This document shows positions 1 to 11,518 of a stretch of DNA of 64,000 bases, piece by piece (positions within the stretch are counted from its first letter, which is position 1; every line of letters starts with the position of its first letter). The translations under genes were made by a program, and so were the position numbers. The DNA comes from Eledone cirrhosa (lineage: Eukaryota), in contig OZ024755.1 of assembly GCA_964016885.1 (NCBI GenBank), forward strand, positions 33,852,001 to 33,916,000. Reading direction: 5' to 3'. Below the pieces are notes generated by a model that was not told where the DNA came from, searched no databases, and worked only from the letters and a program-made list of their open reading frames with translations.

Positions 1-429
1 AAATAAATTGAGTGAAATAAAAAAAAAAATCCTTAACCAAAATCTCTTGTATCTTCTGCGTTGTTCAATAAAATCCAAAAAAGAAACAGAAACAGAAAAA
101 AAAAAAAAAAAAATAAAGACATGGTTTCATAGCTTGTAAGTGTTGCTGGTGTTTTGCTGAATCTCACTATAAATTTTTTGAAAAATCTTTCCCCTAATTG
201 ACATTAATGATAATGTTTGAATAAAGTCTAATGGAGTAGGGTAGTGGCTATTTGAAGTAGGGATATAGTGAGGTAGGAAATGCTAAAAACATGATCTGTA
301 TCTGTAGGAGTAAATGTAGAGGTTGACAAAAAAAATATTATGTAAGCGTCACAAAATATAGAAGAATCTGATAAAATGGAATGGAATGGAAAAATCAGAG
401 AGGAATCATGAAGCCAACCTTATAAAAAT

Positions 430-736
430 AAATGTATGTCAGTGTGTATGTATGTATGTATGTGTGTATGTATGTGTGAGTGTGTATGTATGTGTGTCGC
501 ACATATATATGTATGTGTGTGTGAGTGTGTATGTGTGTCGCACATATATATGTATGCGTGTGTGTATATATATTTATATATATATATGTGTGTGTATGTA
601 TGTATGTATATATAAATTTATGTATGTATGTATGTATATATATATATGTGTAAATGTATGTGTATGTATATATATATATGTGTGTGTATGAATGTATATA
701 TAAATATATGTATGTATGTATGTATATATTTATGTG

Positions 737-780
<44 letters not shown>

Positions 781-805
781 TAAATGTATATACATATATA
801 TATAG
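430..805. repeat. compound (TATG)n/(TG)n/(TA)n microsatellite
   Basis: Low-complexity di/tetranucleotide runs; the ORFs here are Y/I/V/C/M repeats. Confidence 0.95.
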
Positions 806-877
806 ATCAAACTGAGGATCTGAATAAAGTGAAATATTTGTTCTCACTATGGTGAACTAACTGTTGTGGAACTACTT
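806..877 (+). mobile_element. short Penelope-like terminal fragment with degenerate hammerhead (same family as 14881-15075 and 31140-31295)
   Basis: CTGAGGA(812-818)...GAAA(831-834) TATTTG TT CTC followed by tatggtgaactaactgttgtg, shared with the other two copies; stems I and II decayed; (TA)n flanks. Confidence 0.55.
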
Positions 878-1090
878 CTATATATAATATATATACATAT
901 ATATATCTTTTTTTTTCTGCTATATATTGTGGTTACCTCCGATTGAACCGGGAATAACTTACACACATATATATATATATATATAATATATATATAATAT
1001 ATATATATTATATATATATATATATTATATAGGGTGTCTGTGGTTTTTCTCACAGATGTGAGAAAAACCACAGACCATCCATCTCAACTC

Positions 1091-1130
1091 TACTTTTGAA
1101 AAGCAGAAGAACTGCGAAACCGGTAAAGGA
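1091..1130 (+). ncRNA. degenerate minimal hammerhead ribozyme
   Basis: tactt TTGAAAA gcag-aagaa-ctgc GAAA ccgg TA aagga; the core differs from CTGAAGA by two transitions; palindromic stem III CCGG. Confidence 0.45.
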
Positions 1131-1219
1131 ACCAAATAAATATATATATTTTTTAAAAAAATAAGACTCCAGTTGCATTTTCGATTTCATCTTTTTTTCT
1201 TTATACTTTCACTCATGTA

Positions 1220-1260
<41 letters not shown>

Positions 1261-1264
<4 letters not shown>

Positions 1265-1387
1265 AACCAGTAAGACCCTGACAGCTGAGCTCAAGCCGTT
1301 TCGACGGCTAATTCTGGACTAAACTGTTTTTAGTCCAGAATTAGCCGTCGAAACGGCTTGAGCTCAGCTGTCAGGGTCTTACTGGTT

Positions 1388-1391
<4 letters not shown>
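1261..1391. mobile_element. about 130-bp fold-back hairpin element between (TA)n tracts
   Basis: taggaaccagtaagacc...ctggactaaa / tttagtccag...ggtcttactggttccta are reverse complements; (TA)n on both sides. Confidence 0.85.
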
Positions 1392-1425
<34 letters not shown>

Positions 1426-1429
<4 letters not shown>

Positions 1430-1634
1430 AACCAGTAAGACCCTGACAGCTGAGCTCAAGCCGTTTCGACGGCTAATTCTGGACTAAACTGTTTTTAGTC
1501 CAGAATTAGCCGTCGAAACGGCTTGAGCTCAGCTGTCGGGGTCTTACTGGTTCCTATTACCCACTCTACTACCTCAAGTATTGAGTACTTTGGTGCGTTA
1601 TGGTCCACCTGGTTCCTTACCACATTTCCTTCGT

Positions 1635-1636
<2 letters not shown>
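1426..1636 (+). mobile_element. hairpin-terminated (TA)n-embedded element (probable Penelope-like derivative)
   Basis: Same hairpin plus about 80 bp unique tail; related copies at 11390-11518, 30146-30265, 38521-38705, and diverged at 4470-4623 and 37690-37820. Confidence 0.75.
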
Positions 1637-1668
<32 letters not shown>

Positions 1669-2188
1669 CACACACAACAAGGTTATATACTTGAAAGCTT
1701 TGCCATATCATGGAATTCCATAATACAAAACTTATTTTACCTTTGACTTCAATGTTAGAATTTCTGTGGAGAATTTAGAAAACACTACCTCTCTGCACCC
1801 CCAAAAATAAACAACAACTAATGCAACCACTTTTACACATGAAAATAACCATTTTTAAACACATGCAGTAGACTATACATGAATACATTTTAAATGAAAT
1901 AGATTAAAGTTGAATTGTTAGCTTTTGGTTGAATGATCATTATATTTATCAGCACATTACGTTCAGTCTGATCGTTAATTCATGCACTTAGGAATCATTC
2001 AATATAAGTGTTATATCAAATATATGGAAAAATAATGTTGAAGCAATTCACCCTGTCACCCTTTTACTGTCATCTTTTTAATTAAAAGACATAGCCTATA
2101 GTTTTCAAATCATTTTGAAAAATAATCAGTTATGTGAGGTGATTTAGTCATATAACTAATTTCATTGTTATTAAGCTAGTGTTTAGGG

Positions 2189-2302
2189 CAGTGGTTCCCA
2201 AACTAGGTTCCACGAAACCCCCTTGGGTTCAGCAAAGGAGTGTCTGTGGTTCCATTCTGAACCAAAAAGTGTCCCACATTTGAAAAAGGTTGGGAAACTC
2301 TG
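2189..2302. mobile_element. hAT (Charlie-like) MITE
   Basis: Imperfect TIRs CAGTGGTTCCCAAAC / GTTGGGAAACTCTG and a perfect 8-bp TSD GTTTAGGG (2181-2188, 2303-2310). Confidence 0.85.
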
Positions 2303-3158
2303 GTTTAGGGCATAAAATTATGAGGGATGGGTTTTAGATAAATATAAACACTTAAAATGAACAGTTCTATATGATAGAAGTGGCAACTGTTCCAGAGATT
2401 TGGTATCAAAAGTGTTTACAGAGAATCTGTCTGAGCACTGCTACCAATTTTGTCATGCATTATTTCTACTGTAGATGAAACAAGCTTTAATGTCATTGCT
2501 ATATAGCTGAATTCACAAACTTTTGTCAAACATCAAGTTTACCATTTAGCAGAATCTATTTGTGTCTCCTTTTCACACCACTGCTTTCACTTCCATTTGA
2601 TGTCTTCTTTCAAGTCATCTTTAATATAGGTTATGCCTTTTACCGTACATACTGTAAGTTTGTGAAAGTTAAATCCCACGGTGGTGCTAATAGACACGAA
2701 TCATCCAAAACTACACAGTGAAAATACACATTGAATATATTGTTTCCAAAAATTATTTCTTATACATGTATACTTTAAAATTGTATGGCGAAGCTGATGA
2801 CTTAGTTGAAGGAATATAGAATAAGACTACGAACTGTACAAGTCACAAGTAATTCTAATAATTTTCTCTCATCACCTATCTTTCGTAAAGCTTTTTATAG
2901 TTTGTTTGACACCAGGTCTGAACACAGAAGAGCTGAATTCCCACTGCCATCACCCCCGTCTCTCTCGCCCTCCCCATCTCTCACTATTATGAGCAAATGG
3001 GGTCCCACATGCTGGCAGCTCCACGGCCCCGGTGGACAGAATGGAGAAGGTGTTTGTAATGTAGTGGTTCAACATACAGAGATAGATAAAATACTCAGTA
3101 TACAAGTCAAGAGAGTTTAGATTCTTGAAGAGTGCTTACATCCCAATGACATATATAA

Positions 3159-3211
<53 letters not shown>

Positions 3212-3306
3212 AAGGTTAAACAAGGTTCAATGAATAAATCAAAGAATTAGTTTTACATGACTGGATCTTAACCATCTACTATGTCAGGGTATGTCATGCA
3301 ACATCT

Positions 3307-3373
3307 TATTTTATCTGATGAGGATGTACTGTTGAAGTTAGCACAGTACCTCTGAAATATGTATGATAAAATA
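3307..3373 (+). ncRNA. minimal type I hammerhead, cleavage site mutated to UG
   Basis: tattttat CTGATGA ggatgtactgt...acagtacctct GAAA tatgta TG ataaaata. Confidence 0.65.
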
Positions 3374-3416
3374 TACTTGATCACAAGAAGTTCTATTTTT
3401 GTTAATATTTTGAATT

Positions 3417-3450
<34 letters not shown>

Positions 3451-3453
<3 letters not shown>

Positions 3454-3765
3454 CATTTCATCATTTCATTTTACGTCCGCTTTTTCCCTGCTTGCAAGGG
3501 TGGGACGGGAACTGATTCTGGCTTGATTTCTACAGCTGGATGCTCTTCTTAAGACCAACCTCATTTATAGTGAGTGGTGGGTGCTTTTTTTGCAGTGGCG
3601 CCTACACGACCACTTTACAGTGGAATGATAGGGACCCCATTTCTACAGCTGAGTAAACTGGAGCAATGTGAAATTTAGCGTCTTGCTCAAGGAAACAACA
3701 CATCACCCGGTCTGAGAATTGAACTCACAACCTTTCGATTGCAAGGCCAATGCTCTAGCCACTAA
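3451..3765 (-). mobile_element. tRNA-derived CORE-type SINE with RTE-like 3' tail (SINE B)
   Basis: Reverse complement of the 12203, 31744 and 38726 copies: A/B-box head, ccttgagcaagacacttt core, gcggacgtaaaatga tail. Confidence 0.85.
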
Positions 3766-3925
3766 TTTATCATATATATATATAATAAAACAAGGACGAA
3801 TGGTTACTCCTTCATTACATTTATTGGTTGCTGACATGCGTTTCGCTATTGATCAGCTTCATGGTTTGATCTGTATCGATCTAGCCCGACTCTGTAATCA
3901 ATGGCTCATTGGACCTCTGTGGTAG

Positions 3926-3994
<69 letters not shown>

Positions 3995-3997
<3 letters not shown>

Positions 3998-4211
3998 AGT
4001 GGACGTGTAGGCGCCATGAAAAAGCACCCAGCACTCACTGTAAATGAGGTTGGTGTTAGGAAGGGCATCCAGCTGTAGAAATCAAGCCAAATCAGTTCCT
4101 GTATGAGCAAGGCATGGTCAGCCGACCAGACACTGCCCACAACAGGACAACCCGTCTAACCCATGCTAGCATGGAAGAACAGACGTAAAACGGTGATGAT
4201 GATGATGATGA
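3995..4211 (+). mobile_element. 5'-truncated SINE/LINE 3' tail ending in (GAT)n
   Basis: gttaggaagggcatccagctgtagaaa...cccatgctagcatggaa...gacgtaaaacggtgatgatgat. Confidence 0.75.
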
Positions 4212-4737
4212 TATATATATATATATATATATATAAGAAACAGGGGCTGTGTAGTTGCTGGATAAGGTGTACTTATAAATAAGAGGAAAGCACGAATGGG
4301 AGAAAATTTTCCTTCACCAGTTGTCTGCTGGGGGTCATGGATATTTCTATGCATTAAAGACAAGATATCTAGCCCCAGTGTGGTTATATATATATATCAT
4401 CATCATATATATATATATAAAGAGAGGGAGAGAGAGATCAGGATTTTACCAGTTTTAAACTATTCAGCAGAGTACTCAATACCTGGGACAGTAGAGAGTA
4501 ACTATATTAGAGGGAGCTGGGACACAACAGCTGAACTCTTGCTGCTTCAACAGCTAATTTCAGGTCTGGGATTAGCTGTTAGAAATGGCAAGAGCTCAGC
4601 TATCGGGCCCCAACTCACTCTAACACACACACACACACACACATATATCTATATATATATACATATATATATAGATATGTTGATTTAAAACTGCACTATC
4701 AACAAGTGTTTTTTAGCCTTCATATCATGTTCTCCTG

Positions 4738-4804
4738 TTTTATCTGATGAAAACACAAATATTATTGCTTGATGATGTTTGTTTTTGAAATGCGCATAAT
4801 AAAA
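4738..4804 (+). ncRNA. minimal type I hammerhead ribozyme
   Basis: ttttat CTGATGA [AU-rich stem II] GAAA tgcgca TA ataaaa; palindromic stem III; sister copy at 6931. Confidence 0.8.
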
Positions 4805-4960
4805 TATATGGAACTCCTTTAACCATCTTTTGATCTTATATTATGCATACTCCAGTCCCACAAACTGTAGAGTGCTTCTTATCCGATATCTGCATTGCTT
4901 TATTGTACTACAATAAAACTCACCTCCTACATATACATATATATATATAGATAGATCGAT

Positions 4961-5345
4961 ATATTTCTTTATTAGCCACAGGGGCACAAAAGAAGGGGAC
5001 AAATACAAAGGGGGAAGTTTACATACAATAAAAACGTGTAAAATGTTATCACAAATGGAATTTAAAAAGTTAGTCGATTTTCCCCAATAGAGGGAGACAG
5101 TTTATATGGGTAACACATACCCCCGAAAAAAAATGTGCAACCCTCATCTCCAGGAGTACGAAGAGCTTGTACTCCTTTCCTCTCCTCCTCCTTTTCCTCA
5201 ACCTACAGGCTGATATAGAGAGAAGGCCCATTCACTCGGGCCATTCTCGCCACTTTCACCCACCTTTCATAAAACTTGCTGGGGTACAGCACCTCTCTCT
5301 CCATCCTGATTCTTCTTCCAAAGTGGTATTTGAAAAAAAGAATCA
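4961..5345 (-). mobile_element. L1/Tx1-like LINE 3' end
   Basis: Minus strand reads HFGRRIRMEREVLYPSKFYERWVKVARMARVNGPSLYISL*, then a UTR ending gtggctAATAAAgaaat; a second terminal stub at about 5383-5435; (GATA)n flanks. Confidence 0.55.
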
Positions 5346-5582
5346 GTTATATATATAGAGATAGATAGATAGATAGATAGATTGTTTTATTTGCCACAAG
5401 GGCACACCAGAAAAGGGGACAATACAAAGACATGCTGGGGATTTTAGATAGATAGATAGATAGTTATGTTTATCCCAGGTTCAATCTTTACATCCATCAA
5501 CCAATGACCTCCACCCATCCCAATCACCACCCCCTCCTACCACCAGAAAATATATAAATACCACCATATAACTTGGACAGTC

Positions 5583-5633
5583 GGCTTCCTGATGATTTCT
5601 CCCGAATGAAACAGTTCTCGTCCTGTAGAAGCC
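5583..5633 (+). ncRNA. type I hammerhead ribozyme with true stem III
   Basis: ggcttc CTGATGA t-ttc-tccc-gaa-t GAAA cag-ttctcgtc-ctg TA gaagcc; covarying sister copy at 47080-47130 (-). Confidence 0.85.
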
Positions 5634-5643
5634 ATTTCTATAT

Positions 5644-5697
<54 letters not shown>

Positions 5698-6197
5698 CAT
5701 CGTCGTTTAACATCCATCTTCCACACTAGCATGGGTTTGACGATGTTGTTCCCCTTGATGCGGGATTGTGTGTGTGCACGTGTGTGTGTGTGTGAGTGAG
5801 TGTATATATATATATATATATATTCATTGAGCAACATCGGTGAAGTTGGCACCCTTAACTCACAGTTGGGTGCGGATGCATTCATGTATATATGTGTGTG
5901 TCCGCATGTATCTGTGTGTTTCTAATTATATTGTTAATAACTCCCTCTGGTCGAGCAATCTTTGAAGTGTGGGGACAGCTGGAAGGCTTCCATTACTCAT
6001 ACTTCTCGCCTTCTTCACCACCTCTTCTACGGCCTCGATATAAATACCCCCTCCGCCTCCGTGGTATTTTCTTCGGGGTTATAAGAGGCTTAGCTCTGTT
6101 TCTCGACCGTTATATCGCGTGACTATCTCCCCCTCCGCCTTTTGGGATTCTTTCTCACGTCGTGTAGACGCGTTCTTGAGACTAGTAAAATGAGGTA

Positions 6198-6287
6198 TCC
6201 TCTTGATAAGTCGGCAGACCTCGCAAGGACTCTATATCTTTATGATATATTGTTTTTGTTTATGCCACGAAACTACGTAGTCGAGGA
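6198..6287 (+). ncRNA. degenerate hammerhead with long stem II insert
   Basis: tcctc TTGATAA gtcggca...tgccac GAAA ctacgtag TC gagga; the core has two transitions from CTGATGA. Confidence 0.5.
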
Positions 6288-6381
6288 ATTTAGGAACAGT
6301 TTGGGTATGATACATTTTATTACTAATTATATCTAAATGTTTCTTCTCTCTTCATAATGTATATATATATATATATATATA

Positions 6382-6824
6382 TCAGAGTTTTCCTTCTCCT
6401 AGAATTCTGCCTTGACAAAGGCTAAGGGGTCATCTCTCCCGGTGATTTTGGATGGCCATTGACTCTTAAAACTCTGATATAACACCTGCAACCCTGATGG
6501 TATCCAATGATGTTGACTTGTTCTTCTTTTTGGTAAATATCATCTTGGTTAAGAGAGTGGGACTGGCTTTGTGCAGTGCCTTTGCTCACTATAAAAGCTT
6601 CACGACACAGGCATTGCTTTATATCTGGAGATCTCTCTGCACTTGTCGTCACATGGTACCATGGGCCTAGCACTTTGTGTCAATAATTGTCACAAGTGTA
6701 GTTTTGTACCAGAGTTTTCAAGTTGCTGGCTGGACTAAAAAGTCACACTCGTTCAGTGCATCAGTAGGGGTTCTCCTACATGGATATGAAGTAGTGGCCG
6801 TACTCGAAAACGAGTTGGCAGCCA

Positions 6825-6828
<4 letters not shown>
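6382..6828 (+). mobile_element. non-autonomous RTE-related SINE (family C) with 5' inversion
   Basis: 6382-6466 matches 22212-22298 directly, while 6467-6828 matches the reverse complement of 22004-22220 (with extra internal sequence); ends cagccaccat(AT)n. Confidence 0.75.
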
Positions 6829-6883
<55 letters not shown>

Positions 6884-6930
6884 CTGCGCTATTCACAAGT
6901 GTGTTTTAACCTTCATATCATGTCTCCCTA

Positions 6931-6997
6931 TTTTATCTGACGAAAACGCAAATGTTATTGCATGATGATGTTTGTTTTTGAAATGCGCATAATAAAA
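6931..6997 (+). ncRNA. minimal type I hammerhead ribozyme
   Basis: ttttat CTGACGA [stem II] GAAA tgcgca TA ataaaa; homologous with its flanks to 4690-4840. Confidence 0.8.
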
Positions 6998-7031
6998 TAC
7001 ATGGAACTCTTTTAACCATCTTTTGATCTTA

Positions 7032-7111
<80 letters not shown>

Positions 7112-7765
7112 ATATATATATATGTTTCTGCCAGCTTGGAAAGTGGACATAAATGATAATGATATATAAGTATAGGCGTATGCGTGTGTGTGTATGTGGG
7201 CGGACATCTGTTTGTGCATATTTAAATAAGCAGTTAATGAAAACCATACTAGGCATCAAGTTGATGGATGGGTGGATCTTCAATACTTATAATTAGATAT
7301 TCATAAGATCAACCATCAACACATTTTCCTCAGTTTTAAGCATTGTGTATAAATTGCTAAACATATATGTCATATATATATAACATATTGTTTACAGGGT
7401 GATAAACAAGGTAAAATTCCTTGATTTCTACAGATTATATATTTATGAAAACGGTAAAATTTCGCAATTTTCAGCCTCATCCTTTGAATTATTCACAAGA
7501 CCAATATTGTAAAGATTGTCTTCAGCTTGTATGAAACTTAAGCTGTGAAGCTGTGAAATTTATATCTTTATATATATCTTACATTCTTCTGAACTATTGT
7601 TTCATGTAAATGTATGCGTTGGGTTTATTATGTATATGTTTGCTCCATGTGTTGGTGTTGTTGTTGTTGTTGGTGGTGATGGTGGTGTTGTTGTTGTTTA
7701 GCCCTTATGTCAATTCACATTAAACAGACTTCTGATCAAAGACATTCTGACCATTATCTTCTGTG

Positions 7766-7942
7766 GATTGGCAGTATCGGTAGAGGGTCGGACGCTATGC
7801 TTTCCAGCATAGTTACGTCCCTTTACGATCTGAGTTCAAATCCCGCCGAGGTTGACTTTGCCTTTCATCCTTACGGGGTTGATAAAATAAAGTACCAGTA
7901 ATGCACTGGATAATTGCTGACCCTGTGCCTAAAGTAGAAACA
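7766..7942 (+). mobile_element. tRNA-derived SINE (family A)
   Basis: B-box GAGTTCAAATCC, conserved gcctttcatccttacggggtcgataaaataaagtaccag body, 13-bp TSD ATTATCTTCTGTG (7753-7765, 7943-7955). Confidence 0.9.
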
Positions 7943-8146
7943 ATTATCTTCTGTGTTTCTAGAGCTACATACGATTATTTTATGAAATGTACCCTATCTG
8001 GTTTTTTTTTTATGATGATAGGATGTGATCTGTATTAGAATTTGGCTACTATTTCTAATAAATCAAGCAACCCAGTCAATGTTTCTGTCATTTGGAGAGT
8101 ATTGTGTTTCATATATGTCAGATTACAAAAGATATATTCACATAAT

Positions 8147-8308
8147 TGTTTCTACCTTTGGCACAAGGCCAGCATTTACCCCAGTGTATTACTGGTACTT
8201 TATTTTATTGACTCCGTAAGGATGAAAAGCAAAGTTAACCGTGGCAGAATTTGAACTCAGACCGTAAAGGGCCGTAACTCAAAGCATACTGCCAATCCAC
8301 GTCATGTT
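8147..8308 (-). mobile_element. SINE family A
   Basis: Reverse-complement copy with TSD TATTCACATAAT (8135-8146, 8309-8320). Confidence 0.85.
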
Positions 8309-8429
8309 TATTCACATAATATCAAGTTTTAAGAATTCTAATTAAATGGTCATAAACTTACAAAATATGATGATTATGCAATTCCTGTTGATGTTGATGT
8401 TGCTGATGAGAAAGACTATGTTTGTGTGT

Positions 8430-8684
8430 GAGAGAGAGAGAGAGAGATTGAGAAAGAGGGGGGAAGAAGGCAGGGAGAGAAAGAGATGAAGAGAGAGAGA
8501 GAGCGATATAGAGATGAAGAGATATGGAGAGAGATGAAGAGAGTAAGAGAGAGAGAGAAAGAGGGAGAGGGAGAGATATGAAGAGAGAGAGATGAAGAGA
8601 GTAAGAGAGAGAGAAAGAGGGAGAGGGAGGGAAAGAGAAGGAGAGAGAGATAGGGAAAGAGAAGGAGAGAGAGATAGAAATGGA

Positions 8685-8721
<37 letters not shown>

Positions 8722-8958
8722 AGAGAGATAGAGATAAAGAGAGAGAGATAGAGATGAAGAGAGAGAGAGAGAGTGTGTGAGAGAATAAGATACTAAATAC
8801 AAAGCGTCATTGTTCCACCATCTTGTCCTCAACCCAGCAACTTTCTTACAGGTGCCACACCTCAGTGAATTTTACACAGAAAGAAAGGGGAACCACTGCT
8901 AATAAGTACACATCCAGTATTTCATGTGTTTCTAAGATAGGATACATGAAAGGCGTTG

Positions 8959-8992
<34 letters not shown>

Positions 8993-10200
8993 GAGGGAGA
9001 GAGAGAGAGAGAGAGAGGGGGAGAGAGAGAGTTATATATATAGAGAGAGAGAGTTAGAGATAGAGAGAGAGATAGAGAGAGAGTTGAGAGAGAGACAGAG
9101 ATAGAGAGATAGAGGGAGAGCTAGAGAGAGAGATAGAGAGATAGAGAGAGAGCTAGAGAGAGAGAGAGAGTTAGATAGAGATAGATAGATAGATATATAT
9201 AGAGAGAGAGATAGATAGATAGAGAGAGAGAGAGAGAACAGAAAGGGGAGAGAAAGAGTTTCACAGAAACTATAAAATTTGCTGAACTGTAGAAAATCCT
9301 AATTAAATGAAAACTATATAAAAAGATGAGAGAGAAGCTGTATAATGTGAGAATAGAATTTAATGCTGAACCACAGCAAAAAGTCTAATTGGTAAGTAAT
9401 CTCCTTGAAAATGACAGAAAATCTAAGATGTTCTTATTTTCCTTCTTATTAATATGGAACACACATATACTACATATATAGTATATGTATGCTATAGTAT
9501 AATTATACTACATATATGTGTACACACACACATATACTATATATGTGTGTGTGTACATAGAAAAAGATTGAGGGAGGAGAGAGATAGAGAGAGAGGGAGA
9601 GATTGAGGGAGGAGAGAGATAGAGAGAGAGGGAGAGATTGAGGGAGTAGAGAGAGACTGAGGGAGTAGAGAGAGACTGAGGGAGGGGGAGAGGGAGGAGA
9701 GAGATTGAGGAAGAAAGAGAGAGAGGGAGAGATTGAGGGAGAAGAGAGAGAGAGACTGAGAGAAGAGAGAGGGAGGGGGAGAGATTGAGGAAGAAAAAGA
9801 GAGAGAGATAGGGAGGGATTGAGGGAGAAGGGAGAGAGAGACTGAGAGAGAAGAGAGAGAGAGATAGGGAGGGATTGAGGGAGAAGGGAGAGAGAGACTG
9901 AGAGAGAAGAGAGAGAGAGACTGAGGGAGAAGAGAGAGAAGGGGGGAGAAAGAAACAGATTGAGGGAGGAGAGAGACAGATAGAGAGGGGAGCGGGAGAA
10001 GAGAGAGAAAGGGGGGGAGAAAGAAACAGACTGCGGGAGGAGAGAGACAGATAGAGAGGGGAGCGGGAGAAGAGAGAGAGAGACTGAGGGAGGAGAGAGA
10101 GAGAGAGAGAGGGGGAGAGAGATTGAGGAAGAAAGATAGAGAGAGACAGGGAGGGAGAGAGAGAGAGAGAGAGAGAGATTGAGGGAGAAAAGGAGAAAAA
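8430..10200. repeat. three long polypurine (GA)n-rich tracts (8430-8775, 8961-9255, 9560-10200)
   Basis: Near-pure purine strand; the S/L- and R/E-rich ORFs are artefacts. Confidence 0.9.
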
Positions 10201-10267
10201 GAATGTTATTCGTAACCTCTTGAAGTGAAACCTAGAATCTACCACAGACAGAAGCAGTAAGTGATAT

Positions 10268-11014
10268 ATCTAAACATATCCAAACATATCCAAACATATC
10301 TAAACATATCCAAACATATCCAAATATATCTAAACATATCCAAACATATCTAAACATATCCAAACATATCCAAACATATCTAAACATATCTAAACATATC
10401 TAAACATATCTAAACATATCTAAACATATCTAAACATATCCAAACATATCTAAACATATCCAAACATATCTAAACATATCTAAACATATCCAAACATACT
10501 AATCATATCCAAACATATCGAAACATATCCAAACATATCTAAACATATCCAAACATATCTAAACATATCCAAACATATCTAAACATATCCAAACATATCC
10601 AAACATATCTAAACATATCCAAACATATCCAAACATATCTAAACATATCTAAACATATCTAAACATATCTAAACATACTAACCATATCTAAACATATCCA
10701 AACATATCTAATCATATCTAAACATATCCAAACATATCTAAACATATCCAAACATACTAAACATATCGAAACATATCTAAACATATCGAAACATATCTAA
10801 ACATATCCAAACATATCCAAACATACTAAATATATCTAAACATATCTAAACATATCCAAACATATCTAAACATATCCAAACATACTAAACATATCCAAAC
10901 ATATCTAAACATATCCAAACATATCTAAACATATCCAAACATATCGAAACATATCTAAACATATCTAAACATATCCAAACATATCTAAACATATCCAAAC
11001 ATATCTAAACATAT
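10268..11014. repeat. 10-bp satellite (AAACATATCY)n, about 75 units
   Basis: Units AAACATATCC / AAACATATCT, with rare AAACATATCG and 8-bp variants. Confidence 0.95.
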
Positions 11015-11031
11015 AATGTATTCTACTCATA

Positions 11032-11235
11032 ATATATATATTTCAAGGGCAACCAAAGCATTCTTGGTGCGCTTTCATCAGATAAAATACAAGATTTGTT
11101 TTATAAATATTGACATAACCGTCAAGGTTGTTTTTCCACGGTTATGTCAATATTTATAAAACAAATCTTGTATTTTATCTGATGAAAGCGCACCAAGACT
11201 GCCTTGGTTGCCCTTGAAATATATATAATAAAATA
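11032..11235. mobile_element. inverted pair of hammerhead-bearing termini
   Basis: About 90-bp arms (11032-11122, 11138-11226); the + copy is complete: tattttat CTGATGA(11179) stem II GAAA(11216) tatata TA ataaaata. Confidence 0.8.
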
Positions 11236-11389
11236 ATTATGGTTTTATAAATATAGTTTCCATTTATTAATATATTGAATATTTACTCCAGTAAACTGTT
11301 GAGTGCTTTATACGAGTTATAAAACATTTAAGCTTGTTGGAATCCCAACAAATTAAATATAACTTCTGCATGTATATATATATATATAT

Positions 11390-11518
11390 ATAACAAAGGA
11401 AATGTGGTAAGGAACCAGGTGGACCATAACGCACCAAAGTACTCAATACTTAGGGTAGTAGAGTGGGTAATAGGAATGAGTAGGACCCCGACGGCTGAAC
11501 TCAAGCCGTTTCGACGGT
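11390..11518 (-). mobile_element. partial copy of the 1426-1636 hairpin family
   Basis: Reverse complement of about 1510-1636; (TA)n flanks. Confidence 0.8.

Noticed and set aside
2794-2810. CTGATGA words at about 2794, 8403, 19034, 27855 and 52721
   Set aside because: No downstream GAAA/stem III/UH with a pairing stem I; chance matches.
2806-3120. 104-aa ORF with a GC-richer core
   Set aside because: Non-ATG start, no recognisable domain, no convincing splice pair.
9385-10265. Donor-like GTAAGT sites at about 9392 and 10257
   Set aside because: No matching acceptor or open frame upstream; flanked by purine microsatellites.
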